DNA of 62,898 nt, filler included. It is 13 parts of 13 records of this genome, joined end to end, with 100 filler letters (N's around TTAATTAATTAA, not from the genome) between each part and the next. Parts side by side here need not be neighbours in the genome. Positions count along the whole stretch, not along the records: positions 1 to 7,084 come from SRR7504441_4600; positions 7,185 to 11,298 come from SRR7504441_4602; positions 11,399 to 15,462 come from SRR7504441_4606; positions 15,563 to 22,633 come from SRR7504441_4607; 9 more parts are not named here. One strand, 5' to 3'. A program made the position numbers and the translations under genes. Below, one piece after another: positions 1 to 15,798 of this stretch (positions within the stretch are counted from its first letter, which is position 1; each line of letters opens with the position of its first letter). The notes beneath the pieces are model-generated. The model worked only from the letters and a program-made list of their open reading frames with translations. It searched no databases and was not told the origin of the DNA.

Positions 1-120
1 ACTTTACTTGAATAAAGTTGCTCCCGAGTCCCCCCCCCCCCCAAAATCCTCTGCATGGAACTAAGCTTACGTACTGACAGAGTAAAATAATATGAGCCTT
101 GAGTTGTTTTATAGAGTTGT

Positions 121-3100
121 TTAGTTCCTAGGTTGTTTATATGTAGTTTCTAAGTTTACGTGGGCGGCGCGAGCCGTACGTTGCTGATAAACCATCTCTG
201 CTTCTATCAAATTTGGTGGCATCGATGTTGAATTCGAAGCCCGGAGCGTGCGGAGCATCTTCATCTCAGTCTCCAGTCTTTCCATCTCCATGGCGGATGG
301 GCGAGTCCTTGATATTAACGACTGCACGTCGACATCAGATTCGGAATCAGCCCAGCTGGGAGGGTTCCCTTCCGCTAGAACTTGTTGTTGGAGGTCTGTA
401 GCGGCTACTACAGGGCCAAGCGCTTCCGAGTATAATACTGAATCAGTCATCTCGATTGAAGAGAATAAGTCGGCCGTACGCTCGACAGCTTCACCCATCG
501 ATGCAAACACTTCACGCGATCTCTGATGAGTGGATGAAGCCCTCTCCGCCCTGACTCGGTTCACGCTTTCCAAAATTTTGCCCGAGTCTGCGATTGCATT
601 TAGCCTCGAGATAGACGTAGGAGAAGCACAAGGCGTGTGAGCATCTTGCCCATAGAAACCCAGCCTAGTGGCTGCCACCGCTGCATGTACACCCTCCTCC
701 TCTCCGAGCTTATCTATCAAAGTGATCACGGGGACATCGCAAGTTCTGATCCAGTCGACCCATTCTGCATCGGACGCATCTCGTGCAGGCGGGCGCCGCC
801 ATTCTGGTGGGATCTCAGACGCCGGTTGCGTCATTTGGGCTAGCTGGCTTTTCAGAATTTCTTCGAACTGCAGCCTTTTCAGCTCGTCTGCGTCTCTTTT
901 GGAGAATCTATACCACTTTGTGAGTGCCATAAAGACCGCCCACCACATGAGTACTAAGACCAGGTTGGTGTTGAGCGTCTGTAAGCAGCACGCGACTGAG
1001 CTAGTGTTTGGCCTAAAAATGTCACTCTGTGAAGTAAAGACCTGTGCTAACATGACACCCACTTGCAGTGCTAGCAAAATAGTATTGACGTGAATCATTG
1101 CCCACCCAAACTTTGATATGTGGTCATCATACACATGTGCTCCACTCAAGTTTTCGTGCCAGGATATTTTGTTAACAGAAGCAGACTCTCGTACACGCGC
1201 GATGATCAAAAGTACGACTTGAATGCCGGTGGCGATCTTGATGGCGGCAGAAACCGCAACTAGAGTCACGTTGCACTCCTCGTGATCTGACTCGTTCGTG
1301 TACAAGGTGGCCATCTCCACGGGCCCAACGATCAGATAGTAGACGCAGCCTAGGATGACAACCTGTAAGCAATCTTAGCCCCAGTCCCAGCATCAGGCAC
1401 ACCGGGTATCTATGCATTGTTGGAGCTTTCAGATTCTTGGGTAGTAGGGATGCCGAGCTGGTTTCTAGCCAGATCCTCAGGACCGCAAACAAAGAAAATA
1501 GAAGCACGAAGCACATTAAGAAATCAACCGCGAAGTCATGCCCACTCTCATGACTAAATGGCGCATCCATGAAATTTCCCGAGTGCTTGCAAGCACTGCG
1601 CCACCACAAGATTGAGAACCACCCAGATATCCCCACCGCAAAGCCGTACATCCGGCTCCAACGACATGTCACAGCATGCATGTATCCAGGTAGATAGAAG
1701 CACGTATACAGCATCGTCGGGACTTGATAGGACCAAAACAGCCAGCTGTAATGACCATCGTCATTCAGGAGCTCCATGATATCACTCGAGTAAGTCAGAT
1801 AGAGAACTAGTGCCATCTGTGCAGGCAACATGTCTAGCGTCAAGAGATACCAAAGCACCAACTTGCAACTCCATAGCACGACCTTACAATTGCCCCATTT
1901 CCAATTGAACGCGTCCACTCCTAGACTCGTTCCTGTGCGATTGAATACGCCTAATGTAGGCCAGAGATTCATGGTGTCGAACTGCACTTCCCTCATTTTC
2001 AGCCTAACAAAGTCGGGAGCCTCGTTCTTTGGCTTGCTCTTAATAATGCCATCTGACACATCAGTCTGATTAGTATCACGATGCACGAGGGCCAAGCTGT
2101 CACCTATGACGTCATGTAGTGTAGAGAGCGCTCTGCAACTCACCATGACTAGAATGTAAGAACTGCGCACGTCGATTTGGTGATAGTCTATGGCACTGCA
2201 GACACACGTATGGAAGGCATCCTGTGCGTGCTCGGCTAGTGCATCTCCATAAACTCCTCCGTACTTTTGCTGCAGTAGCCCACCAAGAGCATTTCTAAGC
2301 CTGTTTGGCTCCCCGAATGAGCATCGAAGAACCCAGATGGGCCGGTCTGTGTGAGTGAACAGTCGCATCCACGGGATCACCTGGCCATGCACTTTGGACA
2401 GCAATTCTACCTGGGCCACAGCGATAGATACAGTCAAGAGCTCCGCGTGCCTCGTGACTAGAGACCGTTTCTTGTTACTGTCCACCAGAGCATCGATTGC
2501 ATTCTTGCAATCATCAAACTGCTCGCTGGTCATCCCACCTTCATCGAGCTGCTTCATTGAGGCATCGATCTTATCGAAAGCCCACGCAACCTGAGAATCA
2601 AAGTGCGACTTGCACATGGACACAGCCACGAGACCTTCGACCCTCAGCTGGGCGGCCTTCACGCAGAAGACAACAGGTCGCTCACGCTTCAACTGCATAT
2701 TCAGCTCAGGGACAGTGATTGCCAAGCCATCAATTGCGCGCCGCTTTAAGATGAAGCGTATCTCAAGGCAGGAGGCATCATGCATATCGGATGGCAAGCC
2801 ATCGGAGTCATTAATGTGACCATCGGGGATACTAGTCACAACAGGCATTCGAAACTGAAGGTGAGTGCCAGCAACTGATCGACTTCTTTCTTCGGTTGCT
2901 TCGAGCATTTCAAGAAGGCTGTCTTCAAACGCCCCAATTCCTTGGTATTTGTTATCGGCACAAATGACTTGAACCATTGTCTTCACATATGCTGCCAGGT
3001 GTCCTGTGTTGGCATCGAACTCTAGCTTTGAACACTTGAACGAAGACGACAGTCTGCCAGCGATGGAGAGAGACATGCCTTGGCAGAATGCTGACAAAAC

Positions 3101-6100
3101 TACATTGCCAACCGAATCCTCGTCCGCAGGATCCGGTTTCGTTGAAGCTGTGTGTTGCTGTTGAACACAGCAACCGACCCAGAAGTGGCACAGAATATTC
3201 AGGTGGATCCATTCCTCCAGAGATGAGCTGCCTATCAGCCATTCCTGGTACATGGTTCGGACCATTAGCTGGGCGGACCACAGGCCTTTGAAGACCTCCC
3301 ATTCGCGATTTTCAGATTCATCCATTGCCAGGAAGAAGGTATGCGATGTGTCTTCCACCAGTCGGAATAGGGCGCCTTGAACTTCTTTCGCCAAGTGGAC
3401 CACAAATTTTTGATCGGCTGATGGCGTCTCTTCGAGCGTCGGGATTTCTCCCAAGAGCGGGCTCAGAAATTCTTCCTCCGCATCCGCAAAATCTTCCTTC
3501 GGTTCTCTGCTGCCATAGGCAAACACATTAACGTCCACTCGAGTGATCTCGGTGAGCCAAAGCATGGTGCAGCCTGGACTGAGCGTCCACTCAACAATAG
3601 CAACGACCCTGTCCGGCATCTGCACAATGTTGTAAGGAGAGACATCATCATGCCCGGGCTCGGCCCCGTGGATAAGCATGTCACAAGAACTGATCAAATC
3701 GTCCACTGAGCTCCTCAGACCTGACGCCCCCTGCCCGTGCAGCTTGCAGCTGAGCCCAGAGTACTCGACTTTAATTTTATTGATTGGCCGGAGCTCTGTT
3801 GGGATCGTCTGACCGTATTCGTCCACACCAGCTGGACAGGTCACCAGCACCTGTCCCAGATCCATTTTTAGCTTCCCTCGCGCGCGCCCATCCACATTCC
3901 GGCCCTCCAGAATCACAACCGGGAGCGAAAGCTGCAGCCGAGACTGTATCCCCAGCGGCTGCACTCCACTCGCATTCCTTAGCCGGGTCTGTGTGAGCAT
4001 CGTGGCTTGCATAAGCTTGCCCAACGCCTGAGCAATCGGCTCGGCGTTCTGGATCCCGGGAGAATCGACAATTGCATCGAGCTCGCCAGCCACTATGCCT
4101 TGGAGCAGATCTTTCGTCAGTTCGTGAGACCATTGCAACGTCGCGTCCGTGTACCCGACCGTCGAGCCTGCAACCTTAGTATACAGCTCTTCCAAGTCAG
4201 CCCCTAGATCTGGCCTGCCGTTCCTTCTCAGCAGCTGCACACACTCCCTCAGGCTCCTATGGAACGCCGATTCGCTGCTGTCAAAGCTATCTGCGCACGC
4301 CGTGGCCCATTCTTGATCCGACACCATCCCATCGCCGTCGAGGTCCACACCGCCATGCAGCTGCGCATTGAGCGCCTGCATGAACTCTTCCCTCGACAAG
4401 CTCCCGTCGCCGTCCGTGTCCGCCTCCGTCAGCCAGCTCATCAGCGCAGTGCACAGCCAGCAGTACACTTCACACAGCGCGTATGGGTCCAGCACCATCA
4501 GCAGTTTCCCCAACTCGAGCTCAAACTCGGCCCAGTAAAGCTTCTCGTAAAACCGAAGCAAACTGAAGTTAGACATATCCAGCTGGTCCCGCAGCTGCTC
4601 CACTCGCTCCGGATTCACCGGCTGCTCGGTCAGCGCCCGCTCCAGCTGCCCCTCGAGCTGCGCATGCGCCTCCTGTGAGCTCGGTCAGCGCCTAGCTCGC
4701 GGAGCGCCTCGCCTGCGATTGCTCCATCTTAAGTCGCTCGGAGGTGCTCACGTTCCCTCGGAGCAGCCGGCTGGCACAGTCGGTCAGTGGCTGGTGGTTT
4801 CTAACGGATCACCGGGTCTGCAGGTCGCGCCGGAGCAGCTGTCTGTTCCCTGGGATCTTGTCCATCATGTTCCCGACCTACCCCCCCCCAATCGCGCCTC
4901 CTAGTTGTAGCCAACTCGCACCACAAACTTGATCAACGGCTCCGGCGAGTCCTCCTCGTGCAGAATCAAAGGGTGCTCCGCCTGCCGCGGATTCCGTTAG
5001 TTTCAGTTGGTTTCAGTTGGACCGGACCGAGCCGACGCGAAGCGCGAGCTTGTGCATGTGGCCCTCCAACCGGAAGAACACCCACTCCTCGTGCTGCGTG
5101 ACGTCCCAATCAGTCACACCTTCCCAATAAGGAAAGCACCTGGAGCTGTATCGCCGCTCCCACGATCGAGAGCTTGAGCATCGGCCCTATCTGTACGGTG
5201 ACGTTATCGAGCCCAATCCTCATTGGCATGTGTCTCATGTGAAATAGCAGCGCCTGGTTCTTGTCCGTTCGATTCAGTTGCTCATACCGCACCCGGTGGG
5301 TCCCGAAGAACTTAGTATGCTCGGCCAACACGTGGTCTATCGACAGACTCACTCGAACTGCCAGCCTCGAGTGCGGGAGCACGTGCTCGGATGAATCGAC
5401 CACTGCCTGGAGCTCCGAAGCCTCCATTTTAAGACCCATCAGCACCCAGTTGGATACGATGTCCGACAGCATACTCCCAAACTGCACCGCCCAGTCAGTC
5501 AGCTATGGCATCCTAAACCTGCAGATCGGCCGCGAGCGAGCTTCCACTCAGCATCTCGGGCCCAACATCACCACCCAACCCGGAGCTGGTGGTTCGAGTC
5601 AACGGACTACTCGGCGGGCTGAGCAGCCCGTCCCCGTGCACCACCTGCCCCCGTCAGTTTCCGTTAATTTCCGTTGAATCTCGCGTGGCACCAGCCGGCC
5701 GTCCGAGAGCAGCAGCCGCACGCCGGGTGCCCGGATCTCCAGCCGACCGATCCCGACCCGGATAAAGCAGTCAGGCCCGCTGGTCAGCCAGGCCTGATCC
5801 GGACCGGGGCCCTGGCAGTCGTAGTGCGGCTGGCCGGTGATCAACTTCTCCAAGTCTATTTCCACCTGCCGACCGTCCCGGCCGGCCCCGCTGGCCGGTT
5901 GCCTCCATCCGCCCAATCACGCTCTGGCCAATGTCCAGCCGGAGCCCGGTCTCCTGCCGCACCGCCTCGGCCACCTGCGGCTTGAGCCGGACTCTCTCAA
6001 AGCTGCCGGTAACTGCCGCGCCCTCAGACGTTTAAATTAAATCGGAGGCCGCACTCGGCCCGTCGTGCCCGATGGCGATCGTCACCTCGAGCAAACTCTC

Positions 6101-6347
6101 GAGCACAGCGGCCTGCCACCAGAGTCCGTTATTTTCCGTTGGTGTCCGTTGGGCTGCCAGGTGAGCCTCCATCCGGCCGCCGTACTGGTACTGGTAGGCC
6201 TGCTTGGCTGCAGCCGCCAGGCTTCGGGCGGCGATTGCCGTTGTCTTCCCGGCCTGCCACGCGCTGAGACCGGGCGGGGCTGGGGCGGACCAGCCGGGCC
6301 AGGCCCCACTTGCAGCCCCGCCAGGCCCGCCCGAGCAGCGAGGCCAT
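121..6347 (-). CDS. Large multi-exon protein: Chorein_N/VPS13-like N-terminus, EF-hand pair, C-terminal multipass membrane region
   Basis: Same-strand ORFs 5771-5974, 5599-5916, 5110-5487, 1172-4618 and 121-1320 can be joined by short introns (e.g. 1363-1402, GT..AG, 40 nt). EF-hands DTDGDGSLSREE and DLDGDGMVSDQE. ERVRLKPQVAE..IGRMEVEID and LPVVIL..KMDLGQV resemble VPS13 motifs. Start codon is tentative. Confidence 0.6.
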
Positions 6348-6708
6348 CCCAGCCTACCGGCCTGCAGGCCAGATCATTGTTCTAACGGTATCAATCGGTT
6401 GCGACTCCACCGGTATGGAGACTGATCGCTCAGCAGCTCAACTTAGCTAAGGCGAGGGATGCCACCTTAATGCTGGCATGATGCCTGATGTCTTCCTATC
6501 TCAACTCGCCATGGCCTTTGACAATGCGTTTGCCTTGATTACGATGAATTAACGCATGCCCATTTTGTATAAATACCGGCGCGATGCGTAAGACACGATT
6601 ACGATCGGGATAGGTGTTACCACAGCTGCGGCTTGGCTGACCCTCCCGCGCACGCTAACCAACTAGTACACACCACGTGTAATGATAGGTCTACCGCCCG
6701 CTTTCAAG

Positions 6709-7084
6709 TTACTTTAAAGTACGGCGCCTATGCGCGGTCGCGCAGCTACCGAGCCAGCCCAACGACCTAAGCTTGCCCGGGGGCACGCACCCCGCCACCC
6801 GGCGCACTCCCTGCAGTATGCGCGTCGGCCGTGGGCCCAGCCACACATCTTCGGACCCCACACTCGATGTCCGGAGGTCAGTTGTTCTTCTCGCCAGTGA
6901 TGACCTGCCGCCGAAGGTCAGCCAGTGCGGCTCAGGCCACCTGACGTTCAGATCATTCTCGTACTTGACGTTCACGTTTATCTTCAGGCCTTCGCGCCAC
7001 AACTTCTCGAGTTCGTCAGATGAAAGGTGCTGAGCGCTGGGCGCCTGCAGCAGATCAGCGGGGAGGGGGGAGGGCGCGCACCGG
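6709..7084 (-). CDS. 3' fragment of a hypothetical gene, cut by the contig end
   Basis: Open frame ..DELEKLWREGLKINVNVKYENDL with a probable short GT-AG intron; no recognisable motif. Confidence 0.35.
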
Positions 7085-7184
7085 NNNNNNNNNNNNNNNN
7101 NNNNNNNNNNNNNNNNNNNNNNNNNNNNTTAATTAATTAANNNNNNNNNNNNNNNNNNNNNNNNNNNNNNNNNNNNNNNNNNNN
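7085..7184. other. Artificial contig linker (N44-TTAATTAATTAA-N44)
   Basis: The same 100-nt spacer occurs at 11299, 15463, 22634, 28127, 32594, 36159, 41243, 44606, 49413, 54546 and 58578; it has stops in all six frames. Confidence 0.98.
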
Positions 7185-7486
7185 GCAGCCACAAGGTTTC
7201 GTGAGCCGGCGGGCCGGAGGGCGATTGCTTTGCTGCAACAACGCATTGGGGCCGTAGATCGCTCTGTTATCTCGATTCTAGCTTTATGTAAAGAGAGCTA
7301 GGCGTGTTGAGAGTTCCTCCACTCGATCGGTTATCGGTCTTGATCAAATGGAACAATTTTAATTAGGGTTAAGTTATATGCCGCATCCCGCGAGCAAGTA
7401 TCGCAACGAGCAGTGGGCGGCAATCCGCGCACAGAGCTCTGGCTCCTCGCCAACTCTTTGCAACGAATCCCGCACCCGGGCGGCAG

Positions 7487-10606
<3,120 letters not shown>

Positions 10607-11514
10607 GCAGCTACTCCGCCGCAACTGTGGCATATGCACAGCAACGCTCAGATCAAATGTAGATGCATAGATCATTTAGTGTGCATCATACGTACTGTAG
10701 ATGCGCATAGATCTTCGTAGTGGTTATAATGATTTCCAATGTCATGTACTAATCCAGCTGCGGATTACTGTGCGCACCTGTTACAGGATGCTCGCACCTG
10801 TTAATTGACAAACTGGTGTCAATAAGATCTAATTCTTACTTGCATCCGGGTGGGCACGCCGGCACGAGGATATCTTCTCGATGCACGGAGGGTGTCGTGT
10901 GAGCCGAGGCACCAAATGGGTCATCAACAAATGGTTTTATACAAACGTACCGGCCAGGTGACCGATGCGCGACGCCTTGAATAGCTACTCGTACTACAAG
11001 TTAACTAAATATCGCTCAGTATTCATGAATGAATGCTGTTGTAGCTAGCATACTGGCTAGACCCTAAGGCGCTGGCGCTGTGGATTTGTATGGATTCCGT
11101 CGCTCATCGGGACGAGAGCAGCAGCCCGAGCTGCAAGTCGGCAAGTCCAGGCTTGACATTTCTCAAACCCCTCTTCGGGCTCGGTATCTATCCACGTCAC
11201 CGTATCTATCCCTCATTTCTCCTCCCTGAGTACTCTGACCATAAGCGCTGGGCGCCTGCGCGGGTCAACGGCTGGAGGAGCGAGGCCGCACCGGGTAGNN
11301 NNNNNNNNNNNNNNNNNNNNNNNNNNNNNNNNNNNNNNNNNNTTAATTAATTAANNNNNNNNNNNNNNNNNNNNNNNNNNNNNNNNNNNNNNNNNNNNTG
11401 TAATAATTGGACCAAAACAAGTACTACACTGACACTTAGTACCTTTTAGCAGCTGGCTATCATGTTGCTTACACTCATGTTGTAGATCTACTCATGTAAT
11501 TGTTGCTCATAAGG

Positions 11515-14500
11515 TTATAATACGAGTACATGTGATTGCTCTTCATACATCTGGAGCAAGCTGGTATGATGTTGCTCATACATCTGGAGCAAGCTTGCGG
11601 CCATCCCTTGAATGTCCTCATGAACATCCTCAGAGTATTTTACCGAACGTAGCTGCTGCAGAATCAATTCCTCCTCCTCGACTGGAAGCTTGATCTTATT
11701 TTTGAGGTTCATGATTGCCTTTGTCGCTGCTTTCTTGATCTTGTCAAAAATACTATTGAACAATGAGCTAGCCAATTGAACCACGCCTGCTTTTCTGAGG
11801 TTGATCCTGCAAAACAGACCCATCAAGATTTCGATTGCCTAAATACTCACTTGACTGAATACGTATTGGTCACACCCTCGTTGTTCTCGATTTCAACTCC
11901 AAGTATCACCGATGCTCCAAGTCCCTTGCTCTGAAGACACCAACTCATGCATTGATATATTTTCGCAGGACTACCTCAAAAAAGATCTTGTGTATAGAGA
12001 ATTCGAGCAGGGCTTCGATCGCTGCAACAGCCTGCGAGCACGCACACGCATTTGGATCATGCTTTCAGACTAGCCGAGAGCCACCTTCTGGATGGCTGTG
12101 TTGACAAAATTCTTTGCCTTATTGAACGCATCTTGCCATACCCCAAGAAGCTTCTGAGCTGGAGCAATTAGGGCTTGGGCTGGACAAGGAAATGAATGAA
12201 ACGCCAACCGGGGGGGCAACTACCTGCTGCCTTGGTGGCTCCGCATGCTACTGTCATCAATCCGGACGCCGCTGCCTTTCCCGCCTGCCATTACAATGAT
12301 CATCGCTCAGTAATAAGTCCAAGCATAGGTCACCTTGCACAATGCCTTGGCCGTTGCTTTGGCAGCCTTCTTGGCCGCCCTGGCCGTTGCTTTGGCAGCC
12401 TTCTTTGCCGCCCTCGCCGTTGCTTTGGCAGCCTTGGATACGTGCTTGCCAACTGATTTGCCAAATTTGCGAGTTGCTTTGGCAGCCTTGGATGCGTGCT
12501 TGCCAACTGATTTGGTAGCCTTCGATACGTGCTTGCCAACTGATTTGGTAGCCTTCCCGACGGTTTTCCCCACGTTTTTAACAAGTTTGCCCCAAAATCT
12601 ACTTGTAGTTCTTCCTCGCACTTGCATTGCGTCATGTATCCTATCTTCTGCTGTAACCTAAGGCACATATTCCTCAGTCTCAATCTATCCACGACAAATT
12701 ACCGCGGCGTTGGCCTGCAACAGTAACTCCTCTTCCTTGCATGCTTTGCTTTCCGCTTTGAATTTGTCTCTTGCTCCGTTGCACTTCTTAATCGCCTTTT
12801 CTAGCCCATTTTGTGCCCATTTCAAACCCTTTTGTGCTTTTTCTAATCCAGTCTCCGCCAATTTCAAGAGTTTTTCAATCGCTTCCTGTGCAGCTCTGAC
12901 GGGCTTGACAGCTTTGCCACACAGCGTCTTCAAAAAATTGTTGATGTCTGGCGAGATTTCAATCTTTGAGTACAAGTCAAGCTTCAGTGGGTCGCCGGGG
13001 GATGTCTCAAGTTTGAGCTCTCCAGCCAGTGTTCCTCCAAACAGTGACACGTGACGGAGGTGAAATTTACGGGTGTCTGAAGTGATAGCAATCGATGCTT
13101 CGGCCTCAGCGACACCAGCAATCTTGGCATATCCATTGAATTTGAATTCAAAATCTCGAGATGCGGTGTCAGCACTTACTGCGAGGTGCGGTCCTTGATC
13201 CAAGTCATTCTTAGCCCTTGCAATAACAATCTTGTCCCCGAAGAACTTGACCGGTGGTCCAGTCAAAGACAACGCTATCTTTGTCCCTGTCAACTGCATC
13301 CTGAACCTCAACCGTGCACCAAATAGGTTGAGTGTGCCCTCAGTATTGAGACCCATCGCGATCTTCAGCGGAGGATTGAGTGCTTCAATTGTAACGTCCC
13401 GGAAAGAATAAGAAATATAGGCAAAGCAGGCATCTCCTCCGCCCTGCTCCTTGCATTTCTCCATATCGTACGGCTCGACGCCTGTCTGTCCTAGCCATTT
13501 AGGCAGCCTGCTCTTGCCTGCAAAAGCAGCAACGACATCTGATATAGTAATCTTAGACACAGCTGCGTAGAAGAATGCATCGCCTGCTGTATCGTAACCA
13601 AGATAGACCTTGGCACTGATTGCACCCTCGATTGACGGCCGCACTTTACCACGGATGGCCCTCTCAAAGTCAACAGCCGAGGCCTCTTCAAAATTGCCCT
13701 CGCTGTCAAAAGTGTCGTCATCAATGTCTTTGACACCGTCCTCTTTGCCCGATTGCTCATGCTGGTCATGCGCTTTCGAAAGCTCCTGCTGGTCAAGCGC
13801 AAGAAGCGAGCGAGATCTCCCGATCTTGGGCCCCTTGCGTGATTTCCCAGCAGCGAGCTGTTTAATCTGTTGGTTGGACTTGGCTTCGGAGCGCAACTGA
13901 AGCAGCAATTCCTGAGCAGCCTCCTTATCTGCCTGGTTAACATCGGATTGCTGGAGTTCTTTCAACATCTTTTGCATCAGCACTTGGGCTCGATCGCTCA
14001 TCTTGCTGGAACATTGATGTTGGATCAGTTCATCGTCACTGCCGTAAACTAGTTGACGGCATTTCTCAGCGGGTCCAAAGCACATCCCCCCACCGATGGC
14101 AAGCCCACTGATGGCTGGCACTCCTGTCGCTATGCCAACTTCACCCTTCAGCACCAGGTCGTACAGATTGAGGTTGGCGATCCCAAAGACACTCTGTGCC
14201 ATCCCATCCATGGTGAACTTCATCCCCAAGGATGCTGATGCTCCAATATTAGCAAACAGTGAGCCTGTAAACAGGAGATCTTGGTTCTTCAGAGCCACTC
14301 TAAGGCCTGCATGAACCGAAAAGCTGAGCTTCAATGGTTTCAGAGATGACTTGTAGGTCAATCCAGCGTCGGTTATTGTCACAGATTTGCCGAGCTTGAT
14401 GTCGTCGAGAGCAATCCCAAATTCCATGTCTGTGGCGCTAATGCGTGCCGTCAGACCAAGACTGGACGTGTCGCTCATACTATTTGACGCCAAATTGCAT

Positions 14501-15462
14501 ATAATATTCTCCCCACACTCAATTGTTGGTTTCAGCAGTTTGCCATCGAAACGAAACCCCTTCTTTACTGCTCGTTTAGCACTGAAAGGATCTCCTGGCG
14601 ACGAATGGAAGTCGAATAGGGAGATGTCTTCTGGCAACGAATGGAAGTTGGCACTGGCAACGAGAGCTGCTACTTGCAGATTCGAAAATAGTGCCAAATC
14701 TTTGAAAGGGTTACTACCAACAACTTCCTTGATCATGCCGCCAAACAGCATGGTATCTAGCTTAGCCGCAATGAGCACCGCGCTTTTCTTTTTGGCATCC
14801 CTGCGTACCATGACAGTCAGTGCCAGTCCTTCTGAGGTTGATGCATCAATGGCAAAGTACTTATCAGCGCTCGTAAAGTCACTTGCCATTGATGCTTGAA
14901 GGTCATACTTGTCCAAGAATTTGCTCACAGGTTTCATCGCCCATGATATAGCATCTCTTGCTTTGCCTAGAGAAGCCCTTGCTGACGGGACTGCATTGAT
15001 GACTGCATCGAGGGCAAGTGGCGCCATCTTGCTAAAGTCCATGCTGTACAGCAGCTTGTCACCGACAGCCGGACTGCCAAGGCTCAAAATATTCTTCAAC
15101 TCAGTTTCCCCCAGCTTCAGGCCCGCAGGAATTTGTGCCAGCATCAAGTCTCCTGCTGTTGGCAGCTCTGCAAGGGAACACGTGAATTTGGCCATAGTTC
15201 TCAGCTTGGGTGGGCCTGGTACGAAGGCAGCATTTCCAGGAAGCGGGACAAAGATCTTGAGCAATTGTGCGGAATCGGTGCCAAACTTGGCATACATGGT
15301 CAAGCCTGGCTCGAGTCGAATTGCTGGCTCGACGTCATTCAATTCAAACTCCTTCGTGGTCAGTGCAACCACCCAGTAGCATTCGTCGCTTGCTTTTTCA
15401 TCCTCCGTGTCTTGCTGCTCCTGCTGCTGGTTGTGCTCTTCCTCCTCTTCGGGCTCATACTG
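11515..15462 (-). CDS. Large uncharacterised protein (beta-rich region, Lys/Ala 11-residue repeats), 5' truncated, multi-exon
   Basis: ORFs 12685-15372, 12307-12627 and 11515-11826 are on the same strand with short intron-like gaps; frame stays open to the contig end. Confidence 0.75.
12349..12555 (-). repeat. Coding 33-nt imperfect tandem repeats (KSVGKHVSKAT / ARAAKKAAKAT)
   Basis: Repeated ccgttgctttggcagccttctt and gtgcttgccaactgattt units on the + strand. Confidence 0.9.
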
Positions 15463-15798
15463 NNNNNNNNNNNNNNNNNNNNNNNNNNNNNNNNNNNNNN
15501 NNNNNNTTAATTAATTAANNNNNNNNNNNNNNNNNNNNNNNNNNNNNNNNNNNNNNNNNNNNTCGGGGCCCTAAGGCTCACATAACCTACATACATGTAA
15601 TTATGCGAGTAGCTATTTATTTGTGAAGTCGGCTTACATGTAAGCCATAGACACATCCTATTCAATTGATTATCAAATTGATTATCACTTGATCATTTGA
15701 CCCGCACAATCATGCACATTATGCATGTACGAGTACTCGTACTAGTACGAGTACAATCTAGAATGATAGACTAATCTAATGTTACAAGCGCACTTTGC

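Noticed and set aside
7085-7184. Repeated TTAATTAATTAA within N runs as a biological repeat
   Set aside because: Identical 100-nt artificial linkers; gene adjacency across them carries no information
12349-12555. CRISPR-like periodic array
   Set aside because: 33-nt in-frame coding repeats with no unique spacers and no cas genes; eukaryotic context
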